Assembly (NCBI GenBank): GCA_934086485.1 | Contig: CAKOIF010000006.1 | Coordinates: 3,932-67,931 of the forward strand | Reading direction: 5' to 3' | DNA: 64,000 nucleotides | Source: an uncultured Bacilli bacterium | GTDB taxonomy: Bacteria > Bacillota_I > Bacilli_A > RF39 > UBA660 | In this document: positions 10,023-18,376 of the stretch, in pieces | How positions within the stretch are numbered: position 1 is the stretch's first letter | Layout of the letters: every line of letters begins with the position of its first letter | Notes under the pieces: generated by a model | Database searches by the model: none | Seen by the model: the letters and a program-made list of their open reading frames with translations, nothing else | Told to the model about the DNA's origin: nothing | Position numbers and translations under genes: made by a program

Positions 10023-10604
10023 TTATAAATAACTTTCTATAATTTTAAGTATATCATCTCTACCTTTTTTCGTAATCGTAGAAAAAGGTACAAACACTTC
10101 TTCATCACCAAGTTTTAATGCACTCTTTATTAATTTATCTTGTTTAATACGACCATTTTTCTTGATCTTATCATATTTCGTGGCCACTACAGTGATATTT
10201 AAATTATAATATTTTAAATAATTATACATTAGTATATCATCCTCAGTCGGTTTATGACGATAATCCACAAGTAAAAAAACACATTGTAAATTACTTCTAT
10301 TTTTAATATAGTCCTCAATCATAAGACCAAATTTCTTTTGTTTTTCTTTAGAAACATTTGCATATCCATAACCAGGTACATCTACTAAATAAAAAGTATC
10401 ATTTACTAAATAAAAATTTAGAGTTTGAGTTTTACCTGGCTTCGAAGATGTATGAGCAAAATTTTTTCTTTCAACTAAGGAATTTATAAAACTTGATTTT
10501 CCTACGTTACTTCTTCCGACAAGTAAAAATTCTTTTTTATTATCACCAGGATATTGAGATACCCTAACTGCTATATTGGGTTCTTTTACAGATATTATAT
10601 CCAT
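10023..10604 (-). CDS. engB: Ribosome biogenesis GTPase EngB (YsxC/YihA)
   Basis: GRSNVGKSSFINSL and DVPGYGYA motifs. The likely ATG is at 10604, behind a GGTGGTG RBS; the track start at 10622 is a TTG. Confidence 0.9.
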   Translation of the reverse strand: MDIISVKEPNIAVRVSQYPGDNKKEFLLVGRSNVGKSSFINSLVERKNFAHTSSKPGKTQTLNFYLVNDTFYLVDVPGYGYANVSKEKQKKFGLMIEDYIKNRSNLQCVFLLVDYRHKPTEDDILMYNYLKYYNLNITVVATKYDKIKKNGRIKQDKLIKSALKLGDEEVFVPFSTITKKGRDDILKIIESYL

Positions 10605-10711
10605 ATACTTTTTCACCACCAATTAAATTATAAAGGAAAATGTTAAAAAAAGCAACATTCACAAATTTTAAAATTGTATTGAAAATGCAAAAAAAGAGCA
10701 TAAACTCTTTT

Positions 10712-11572
10712 TTATTTGGAACTAATTTTTAAAATGAATTTATCAAAATATGGACTTGCAAATGATAATATTAAACTTACTAAATAAATACCTATATTAA
10801 TATCTATAAAACTAAATGCAAAAGTAAAAACTCCTAAAAGAAAACCATATATATACTGCCCACCTTTAGTATAAGGTGAAAAAATACTTACTGTATTTAA
10901 AATTACAAAAGAAAATATTAAATTACTATTAATTGCTAAATTATGATCAAAACTTTTTGATAGTGCAAAATATAATGAAAGCAAGATATAATAAGTAATC
11001 AAGGCCGTGGTTGAAATATGCTTTTTATAGAAAAAATTGCAAAGTAAATATACAAGTAATAAAATACTATAAATAAATAAAGTATTGCTTATACCCCCTT
11101 CACCACTACCAAACAAATAATTTATTATACTATAACTATGACTGACTGATGTTTCATAAACATTTAAAAATGTATACTTATGAAATATTATAGCAATTAA
11201 AATTAATAACAAAATAGTGATTAAACTTATATTAACTTTTTTATATGTATATAAAATATTTACTAAAAATAAAATTATTAAATAAATAAAGATATTTGTA
11301 TTAGGCATAACTATTAATCCACTTAAAAGGTTTAAATAAAGTCTATAAGAAATAAAATCTTCTTTTTTATATTTTGAAAATACATAACTAATTAAAAAAG
11401 AAATTAAAATTAATAGCAAAGGTTTAAAACTATTAAAGATATTTACATATCCATTTTTATAAAGCAATATCCCATTTTTATATATACCATAAAGTAAAAA
11501 TGGAATTAATAATAGCATCTGTTTTAATAATATTTTTTTTTCATTAATTTTTGACTCTAAATATACTTTCAT
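10712..11572 (-). CDS. Polytopic membrane protein, RnfD/NqrB-like
   Basis: Very hydrophobic multi-TM ORF. ATG 11572 forms an ATGA overlap with the stop of the upstream RnfC-like gene. The N-terminal segment resembles RnfD N-termini. Confidence 0.45.
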   Translation of the reverse strand: MKVYLESKINEKKILLKQMLLLIPFLLYGIYKNGILLYKNGYVNIFNSFKPLLLILISFLISYVFSKYKKEDFISYRLYLNLLSGLIVMPNTNIFIYLIILFLVNILYTYKKVNISLITILLLILIAIIFHKYTFLNVYETSVSHSYSIINYLFGSGEGGISNTLFIYSILLLVYLLCNFFYKKHISTTALITYYILLSLYFALSKSFDHNLAINSNLIFSFVILNTVSIFSPYTKGGQYIYGFLLGVFTFAFSFIDINIGIYLVSLILSFASPYFDKFILKISSK

Positions 11573-12711
11573 TTTTGCCCTCTTAAATATTTTCTTAAAT
11601 TGATTTTGCACGGACATATATAAGTGCATAGTCCACAGTCAATACAATTTTTACTTTTTTTACCAGTGTCCATAACATTTTTGGGGTTTACTTTTACTGG
11701 ACATATTTTATAGCACATACCACATAAATTGCATTTCTTTGCTTCTTCATTTTCATTTGGAATAATTAAAACAGCCTTAGTATTATTTGTAACTACACAT
11801 TTTTTATAATCAATTTCGTACCCTGTCATTAAGCCATTATAAATATATAAAGCATCTTTAATATCAATATTTAATTTTTGAAAAACATCACTTAATAAAG
11901 TCCCTATTTTTACATTAACAACATAACTTTTTTCTAAAAAGGGGCTTGCAATTGTAATAAACGTATTATCTTTAAAATCATTATAAACTAAACCATTATA
12001 AATACTTAACATATCTTTTGCACTTATTACTAAACTATTTTCAGATAATCCCATATTTTCTAGCAAAAAGAAATTTGTCCCTAAAAGATATTTATCTTCG
12101 ATTAAACTTAAATTTATATTTGTATAAGTTCCTATTTTACTTAAAAATAAATTAATATTTTCTGTATCGTTACTTTTAATTGCAATATATGAATTTTTAA
12201 TTTTAAATGTATCACTAAAAACATCAGTCATTTTTAAAATCTCATTAGCATAAAATTGTAAAATATAGGGATTATTTTCTATATATGGTTCATCCTCGAG
12301 ACCATTTACCACTATATTGGAGATTTTTCTTGTCCTAATAATATTTAAATAGTCATCAAAGTTAAGACTTGTAAGAGTGCTAATTATATCCTCAGTAGTT
12401 ACACTCTTTATTTTATTTTTAGTCTCTTTAGTATTTTCTTCATAATTATTTTCAATGACAATACACTCTTTTAATGCTTCATCACATATTAAATTAGTTG
12501 TACCAATAATTTTTCCTGATATACTACTTTTAATTTTTTTTAATTTATTTTCTAATATGGCTTCGTTTTTTAAAACTTTAGAGTTTTGCTTTTTAATAAG
12601 TTCATAGCCATCTTCAATTGGAACATAAATATGGTCTGGATCCATAAATGAAAATATTTTACTTGCAAATTTTATGTCATATATTCTATCTAATTTTATC
12701 AATTTTCTCAT
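11569..12711 (-). CDS. RnfC-like iron-sulfur protein (2x[4Fe-4S] ferredoxin-type C-terminus)
   Basis: NGLEDEPYIEN resembles the RnfC GxECEPY motif. C-terminal CNLCGMCYKICP and CIDCGLCTYICP cluster motifs. Confidence 0.6.
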   Translation of the reverse strand: MRKLIKLDRIYDIKFASKIFSFMDPDHIYVPIEDGYELIKKQNSKVLKNEAILENKLKKIKSSISGKIIGTTNLICDEALKECIVIENNYEENTKETKNKIKSVTTEDIISTLTSLNFDDYLNIIRTRKISNIVVNGLEDEPYIENNPYILQFYANEILKMTDVFSDTFKIKNSYIAIKSNDTENINLFLSKIGTYTNINLSLIEDKYLLGTNFFLLENMGLSENSLVISAKDMLSIYNGLVYNDFKDNTFITIASPFLEKSYVVNVKIGTLLSDVFQKLNIDIKDALYIYNGLMTGYEIDYKKCVVTNNTKAVLIIPNENEEAKKCNLCGMCYKICPVKVNPKNVMDTGKKSKNCIDCGLCTYICPCKINLRKYLRGQK

Positions 12712-12894
12712 ATAATTTCCTCATTTATAATGATATCATAATCTTATCTAACTTACAATTTTAAATTTTGTTGAAAATATTCATTTATTATTTCTAATAC
12801 TTACAATTATGTTTTTTCTATTTTTCTCTATATTTTTAATTACAAAATTTTCATTATAATCAAAATACTATTTCATAAAGTTATATCGCATAGT

Positions 12895-13220
12895 TTAAAT
12901 GTGTTTCATAGATAAAAGTTCTCTATAATGACTCCAGGTCAATTGTGTCCACATTGTGGACACTTTTTGATTACTAAACAAATTATAAAATTGTTTCATT
13001 CTAAAAAGTGTTCTACGATTATATTTTTTACCAACTTCATTAACTAGTTTTTCTGCATATTTACCAATAATATCATTACTGTACTCTTTTCCAGCCTCAC
13101 TTAAAAGTTTACCTACTTCCAAATTAGTAAGAATTTTATTTCTTTTTTTAGATTAATCTTTTATCTTTGCATAAATTTCATTTTTAATAATTTTTCTTTT
13201 ATTTCATCATAATAATTCAT
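12895..13220 (-). pseudogene. N-terminal remnant of a third DUF1016/YhcG-like gene
   Basis: ATG at 13220 reads MNYYDEIKEKLLK and then shifts frame. The 75-aa ORF 12895..13122 matches residues ~35-110 of the two intact neighbours and ends there. Confidence 0.75.
12945..12963. repeat. Intragenic hairpin, copy A (GTGTCCAC-att-GTGGACAC)
   Basis: Perfect 8-bp stem and 3-nt loop, GC-rich in an AT-rich gene. It sits at the same codons (just upstream of LTWSHY) as in copies B and C. Confidence 0.7.
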
Positions 13221-13235
13221 TTAATCATTTCCTTT

Positions 13236-14129
13236 CTAATTTGTAATTTTAAATTCTCTTGCAAATATTCTTTCATCAGAACAGTACTCAATTATAAATT
13301 GATTATTTTTTTTAGATATAATAATACCAATAGTTTTCTCATGGTATGGTTTCTTAATAACTTTATCAACATAATTCATATAAACCTCAATTTGCCCAAT
13401 ATGTTCTTTTTTTAGTTCAGTTACTTTTAATTCAATAACAACATAACAGTTATACTCTGTATTAAATAAAAGTAAATCTATGTAATTATAATTATTACCT
13501 ATTTTAATTTTGTATTCATTGCCTCCATAAAGAAAACCATTACCTAATTGTCTTAAAAAATTATCCAAATTATTAAGTATAGCTTGTTTTAATGCATACT
13601 CGGTTAATTTTTCTTGATTGTCTTCAAATTTAATCAAAATTGGATTTGGCACTAAATCAGGTAACTTTAATTCTTCATTTTTAATTAATTTATTCTTTGT
13701 TTCTTCGCCTAGTCTTTCATATTCTTTGAATTTTATAAGCATTCTTAAACTTCTTACGTCTAAATTTCTTTGTTCACATACTTTAATATAATAATTAATT
13801 TTATTGTTATCATTTAATGGTAATAATTCTACATAATGGCTCCAGGTCAAAAGTTGCGACAACGTCGCGACTTTTGTATCAAAAAAGATATTGTAGAATT
13901 GTTTCATTCTAAATAAGGTACTTCGATTGTATTTTTTACCTACTTCATTAACTAGTTTTTCTGCATATTGGCCAATTATATCATTACCATACTCTTTACC
14001 AGCTTCACTTAAAAGTTTACCTACTTCAAAATAAGTAATAACTTTATTTCTTTCTTTAGAATAATCCTTTACCTTTGCATAAATCTCATTTTTTAATAAT
14101 TTTTCTTTTATTTCATCATAATAATTCAT
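13236..14129 (-). CDS. DUF1016 / YhcG-like PD-(D/E)XK nuclease family protein, copy B
   Basis: N-terminal YhcG-type region (GKEYGNDIIGQYAEKLVNEVGKKYNRSTLFRMKQFY...LTWSHY). C-terminal nuclease core IDLLLFN...VVIELKV. Confidence 0.8.
   Translation of the reverse strand: MNYYDEIKEKLLKNEIYAKVKDYSKERNKVITYFEVGKLLSEAGKEYGNDIIGQYAEKLVNEVGKKYNRSTLFRMKQFYNIFFDTKVATLSQLLTWSHYVELLPLNDNNKINYYIKVCEQRNLDVRSLRMLIKFKEYERLGEETKNKLIKNEELKLPDLVPNPILIKFEDNQEKLTEYALKQAILNNLDNFLRQLGNGFLYGGNEYKIKIGNNYNYIDLLLFNTEYNCYVVIELKVTELKKEHIGQIEVYMNYVDKVIKKPYHEKTIGIIISKKNNQFIIEYCSDERIFAREFKITN
13853..13871. repeat. Intragenic hairpin, copy B (GTTGCGAC-aac-GTCGCGAC)
   Basis: 8-bp stem with one T:G pair on the plus strand and a 3-nt loop. 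The flanking CAAAA/TTTTG can extend the stem. Confidence 0.7.
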
Positions 14130-14144
14130 TTAATCATTTCCTTT

Positions 14145-15041
14145 CTAATTTGTTAATTTAAATTCTCTTGCAAATATTCTTTCATCAGAGCAGTACTCAA
14201 TTATAAATTGATTATTTTTTTTAGATATGATAATACCAATAGATTTATCATCAGTTAAGTCTTTAACATTACTATCAATATAGTTCATATAAACCTGTAT
14301 TTGACCTATATGTTCTTTTTTAAGTTCGGTTACTTTGAGTTCTATAACTACATAACATTTATATTTTACATTATATAAAAGTAAGTCTATATAATTATAA
14401 TTATTACCTATTTTAATTTTGTATTCATTACCAATATAACTAAAGCCATTACCAAACTGTTTTAAAAAATTATCCAAATTATTAAGTATAGCTTGTTTTA
14501 ATGCATACTCGGTTAATTTTTCTTGATTGTCTTCAAATTTAATCAAAATTGGATTTGGCACTAAATCAGGTAACTTTAATTCTTCATTTTTAATTAATTT
14601 ATTCTTTGTTTCTTTGCCTAGTCTTTCATATTCTTTGGATTTTATTTTATTTCTTAAATCATTTCTACTTAAACACTGCTCTTCACAAACCTTAATATAA
14701 TAATTAATTTCATTTATGTCTTTTAATGGTAAAAGCTCTATGTAATGACTCCAAGTCAATTGTTGCGCCAGTGGCGCGACTTTTTCATCAGAAAAAATAT
14801 TGTAGAATTGTTTCATTCTAAATAATGTACTTCGATTATATTTTTTCCCTACTTCATTAACTAATTTTTCGGCATAACTACTAATTATATTATTACCATA
14901 CTCTTTACCAGCTTCACTTAAAAGTTTACCTACTTCAAAATAAGTAAGAACTTTATTTCTTTCTTTAGAATAATCTTTTACCTTTGCATAGATTTCATTT
15001 TTTAATAATTTTTCTTTAATTTCATCATAATAATTTACCAC
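14145..15041 (-). CDS. DUF1016 / YhcG-like PD-(D/E)XK nuclease family protein, copy C
   Basis: Paralog of 13236..14129. The likely GTG start at 15041 lies 6 nt after a GGAGG; the track start at 15128 adds a hydrophobic artefactual extension. Confidence 0.8.
   Translation of the reverse strand: MVNYYDEIKEKLLKNEIYAKVKDYSKERNKVLTYFEVGKLLSEAGKEYGNNIISSYAEKLVNEVGKKYNRSTLFRMKQFYNIFSDEKVAPLAQQLTWSHYIELLPLKDINEINYYIKVCEEQCLSRNDLRNKIKSKEYERLGKETKNKLIKNEELKLPDLVPNPILIKFEDNQEKLTEYALKQAILNNLDNFLKQFGNGFSYIGNEYKIKIGNNYNYIDLLLYNVKYKCYVVIELKVTELKKEHIGQIQVYMNYIDSNVKDLTDDKSIGIIISKKNNQFIIEYCSDERIFAREFKLTN
14762..14780. repeat. Intragenic hairpin, copy C (GTTGCGCC-agt-GGCGCGAC)
   Basis: 8-bp stem with one T:G pair on the plus strand and a 3-nt loop, at the same codon position as copies A and B. 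Confidence 0.7.
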
Positions 15042-15244
15042 TTTGTTCCTCCATTTCTTTAGTTTTTGAATTTTTACTGCAAAATAAAAAGCAGAAAAAC
15101 ATACCATTTTCCTTAAGAAAAGGTACATCTTTCCGCTTCGTATATATTTATTACCCCTATTTAAATATATGTAATCGTCTAATAATAATTGCTTGGTTTA
15201 TAAGAGGTCTACCTTGCATATACATAATATCAAAAATAATTTTA

Positions 15245-16660
15245 TTAATCAAGTTTTTTATGAAGTAATTCTTTTGTAATAATTGGGTTAGCTTTACCTC
15301 TAGTTTCTTTCATAACTTGACCAACAAAGAAATCAAAAATATTAGTTCTACCATTTTTATACTCGTTAATTTCTTTTTCGTGTGAAGATAAAATTCTATC
15401 AATTATACTTTCAATTAAATCTTCATCACTAACCTGTGCATCTTCTTTAGAAATAAAGTTTTTAGGTTCTTTTTCTTCCTCTAAAGATTTATAGAAAACC
15501 TCTTTAACTTGTTTTGATGATAAGACTCCACTTTCTTTTGCATCATTAATTTGTTTTAAAAATTCTGGTTTTAAATAAAAATCATTTATATTAATATCTT
15601 TTTCATTTATATATGAAGTAATAATTCCGTTAATATAATTTGCAGCCTCAATTGGTTTAATTCCTACTTCAACACATTTTTCAAAATAGTTTGCAATATT
15701 AATATCTTTAATTAAAATATTAGCATTATATTCATCAAGTCCTAAATTACTCATATAATTATCTTTTCTAGCATCTGCTAAAACTGGAATAGTTTTTCTA
15801 ATATTTTCTACAAATTCATCAGTTATTTCATAAGGTGGAATATTAGGTTCTACAAAATATTTATAGTCAATTGCATCAGCTTTACTACGCATATGGACTG
15901 TTGTACCTGTAGATTCATCAAATCTACGAGTTTCTTGATATAATGGTTCATTATTTTGAAGTGCCTCAAGTTGTCTTTTTTCTTCGTATAAAATAGCTAG
16001 TTTTACATTTGCTAAACTATTTACATTTTTTATTTCAACTTTTGGAGTAATATAATTTCCATTATCATCCATAAGATTTACGTTAACATCACATCTTATT
16101 TGGCCTTTTTTAGTATCTGCCTCGGAGATATCCGTATATTTATAAATTCTACACATTGTTTCTAAAAAAGCTATTGCTTCATCAGCTGAATGCATACAAG
16201 GTGCAGTAACTGTTTCAAGAAGTGGCACACCAGCACGATTATAATCAATAAGTGAAAAAGTCTGCAAGTGGTCAAGTGCCGCAGCATCTTCCTCTAAATG
16301 GATATCTAATATTTCTACATTAAATTTAGTGCCATTAAGTGATACCTCTAAATTACCATTAATACCTACAGGTCTTGTATTTTGAGTAATTTGATAACCT
16401 TTTGGAAGATCAGGATAATAGTAATTTTTTCTATCAAAAATCATATATTTTGCAACATCACATTTTAATATTAAAGCCATTTCAACTGCTTTTTTAACGC
16501 ATTCTTCATTTAAAGAGGGCATAAATCCTGGAAATGCTAAATCAATTTCATTAATATTTACATTAGCCATTTTATTATATACATTTGAAGATGGTGAAAA
16601 TACTTTTGTAGTACTTTTCATTTCAGCATGCATTTCAAGGCCAATAACTAACTTAGTCAT
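15245..16660 (-). CDS. gatB: Asp/Glu-tRNA amidotransferase subunit B
   Basis: 471 aa with GLEMHAEM... typical of the GatB N-terminus and a YqeY-like tail. Lies in gatC-gatA-gatB order. Confidence 0.95.
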   Translation of the reverse strand: MTKLVIGLEMHAEMKSTTKVFSPSSNVYNKMANVNINEIDLAFPGFMPSLNEECVKKAVEMALILKCDVAKYMIFDRKNYYYPDLPKGYQITQNTRPVGINGNLEVSLNGTKFNVEILDIHLEEDAAALDHLQTFSLIDYNRAGVPLLETVTAPCMHSADEAIAFLETMCRIYKYTDISEADTKKGQIRCDVNVNLMDDNGNYITPKVEIKNVNSLANVKLAILYEEKRQLEALQNNEPLYQETRRFDESTGTTVHMRSKADAIDYKYFVEPNIPPYEITDEFVENIRKTIPVLADARKDNYMSNLGLDEYNANILIKDINIANYFEKCVEVGIKPIEAANYINGIITSYINEKDININDFYLKPEFLKQINDAKESGVLSSKQVKEVFYKSLEEEKEPKNFISKEDAQVSDEDLIESIIDRILSSHEKEINEYKNGRTNIFDFFVGQVMKETRGKANPIITKELLHKKLD

Positions 16661-18086
16661 GGATATCCTCCTTTATAATTTTTTCAATATCATTTGCTAC
16701 CGCAAGCATATAACAATCATTTTTAAAGCCTGATGTAATATTTATTCCAACTGGCATACCTTCAAGTTTATTATAAGGTAAAGTTATTGATGGATACCCA
16801 CCAAAGTTTCCTATAACTAAATGATTATCAAGTACATTTTCATCTTTGCCCATTTCATCAGTTGTATCACATGTTTTCGGAGCAATATCACTTTGTGCAG
16901 GAAGAATTAATCCATCATACTTAGTAAATAATTCATTAAATGTATTTACAACTACTCTTCTTACTTTTTTAGCATTAATAAAATACTTTTCTTGATTTTC
17001 TTTTTGTAAGATAAATGAACCAATTACAAATCTTCTTTTGATAAGAGAGGAAAAGTTTTTAGTTCTAAAGTTTTTAATAACATCCATTGCACTTTCACCT
17101 TTTTCACGATGACCAAAACTTATTCCAGTAAGATTTGAATTATTTGATGTAACCTCAGCACAAGAAATTGATGTATAAACTGGTTTTAAAGCCTTTAATA
17201 GATTTTCATCAATACTTTCTTCATAGATTTCATAACCATTACTCTTTAATAAATCTAAAAGTTTATTAAAATCATCAATTATTTTAATTGTATTTGGATT
17301 TGTATATTTTGATTTATCTACTATTTCTTTAATATAAAATAATTTTTTACTATTTAAATTATTAAAATCTTTTGTTAAATCAACTTCATCCATATCTTTA
17401 ATAGTGGTCATATCTTTTTCATCAGAACCTTTAACTGCATTTACTACTGTTGCAGCATCTATCACAGAATTTGTAATAACGCCAATTGTATCAAGAGAGG
17501 AAGCAAAAGCAAAAAGTCCATATCTACTTATAAGACCATAACTTGGTTTATAACCCACTACGCCAGTATAAGCTGCTGGTTTTCTAATTGAGTCTCCAGT
17601 ATCTGTACCAATTGCAAAAGGTACTGTTTTTGTAGCCACTGCAACGGCACTTCCTGCTGAAGAACCAGCTGAAATTCTTTCTTCATCATAAGGATTTTTA
17701 ACTATGCCAGCATTACCAGTAAGGCCAGTTCCACCCATAGCAAGTTCATCCATATTAGTTTTGCCAATCATTATAGCACCACTTTGAGAAAGTTTTTCGT
17801 AAACTGTAGCATTATAAATAGGAACATAGTCTTTTAAAGTATTAGAGCAAGCTGTAGTTCTTATTCCTTTAGTTGAAATATTATCTTTCATTGCATAAGG
17901 AATACCACTTAATAATGAATTAATTTCATTATTTTCCTTTGGATCTAATACTAAATTATAAGCATTATATTTTTCATTTGTTTCTAATATCTTACTTTTA
18001 GAAAAATCAATAAGTTCTTTTGAAGTAACCTTCTTATTTATTAATTCATTATGAATTTCAATAATATTTTTATCATAATAGTTCAT
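16653..18086 (-). CDS. gatA: Glutamyl-tRNA(Gln) amidotransferase subunit A
   Basis: Amidase signature GGSSAGSAVAV-like (SAGSSAGSAVAVA), 477 aa. Confidence 0.95.
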   Translation of the reverse strand: MNYYDKNIIEIHNELINKKVTSKELIDFSKSKILETNEKYNAYNLVLDPKENNEINSLLSGIPYAMKDNISTKGIRTTACSNTLKDYVPIYNATVYEKLSQSGAIMIGKTNMDELAMGGTGLTGNAGIVKNPYDEERISAGSSAGSAVAVATKTVPFAIGTDTGDSIRKPAAYTGVVGYKPSYGLISRYGLFAFASSLDTIGVITNSVIDAATVVNAVKGSDEKDMTTIKDMDEVDLTKDFNNLNSKKLFYIKEIVDKSKYTNPNTIKIIDDFNKLLDLLKSNGYEIYEESIDENLLKALKPVYTSISCAEVTSNNSNLTGISFGHREKGESAMDVIKNFRTKNFSSLIKRRFVIGSFILQKENQEKYFINAKKVRRVVVNTFNELFTKYDGLILPAQSDIAPKTCDTTDEMGKDENVLDNHLVIGNFGGYPSITLPYNKLEGMPVGINITSGFKNDCYMLAVANDIEKIIKEDIHD

Positions 18087-18376
18087 TACTTCACCACCCT
18101 TATTATTTCAACTTCTCTATCAATATAGTCATCACAATTTTTAAGTGCATCCTCAATATCAATCATTCTTGAAGTTTTTCCATCACGTATTTCTTTTACC
18201 GTTAAATCCTGAGGAAAATGTAAAGGTTCTATATTTTCAAGTCCCTTTACATTATTTATTTTAGACATATTATCATTAATAACATCAAATTCCCTTAATA
18301 AAAGTTCATTTTCTTCCTCAGTAAGGCCAATTAATAGTTTATCAGCATAATCATTTATTATGTCTTTAGTAAACAT
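18086..18376 (-). CDS. gatC: Asp/Glu-tRNA amidotransferase subunit C
   Basis: 96-aa ORF immediately upstream of gatA, typical of GatC in size and position. Confidence 0.85.
   Translation of the reverse strand: MFTKDIINDYADKLLIGLTEEENELLLREFDVINDNMSKINNVKGLENIEPLHFPQDLTVKEIRDGKTSRMIDIEDALKNCDDYIDREVEIIRVVK

Noticed and set aside
11573-11629. Track-predicted long N-terminal extensions: 11573-11629, 15042-15128, 36956-36988, 47069-47134, 55942-55977, 8110-8163, 5585-5614
   Set aside because: Each extension overlaps the upstream gene or an intergenic hairpin and lacks an RBS. A downstream in-frame ATG, GTG or TTG with a good Shine-Dalgarno sequence gives an N-terminus matching family expectations.
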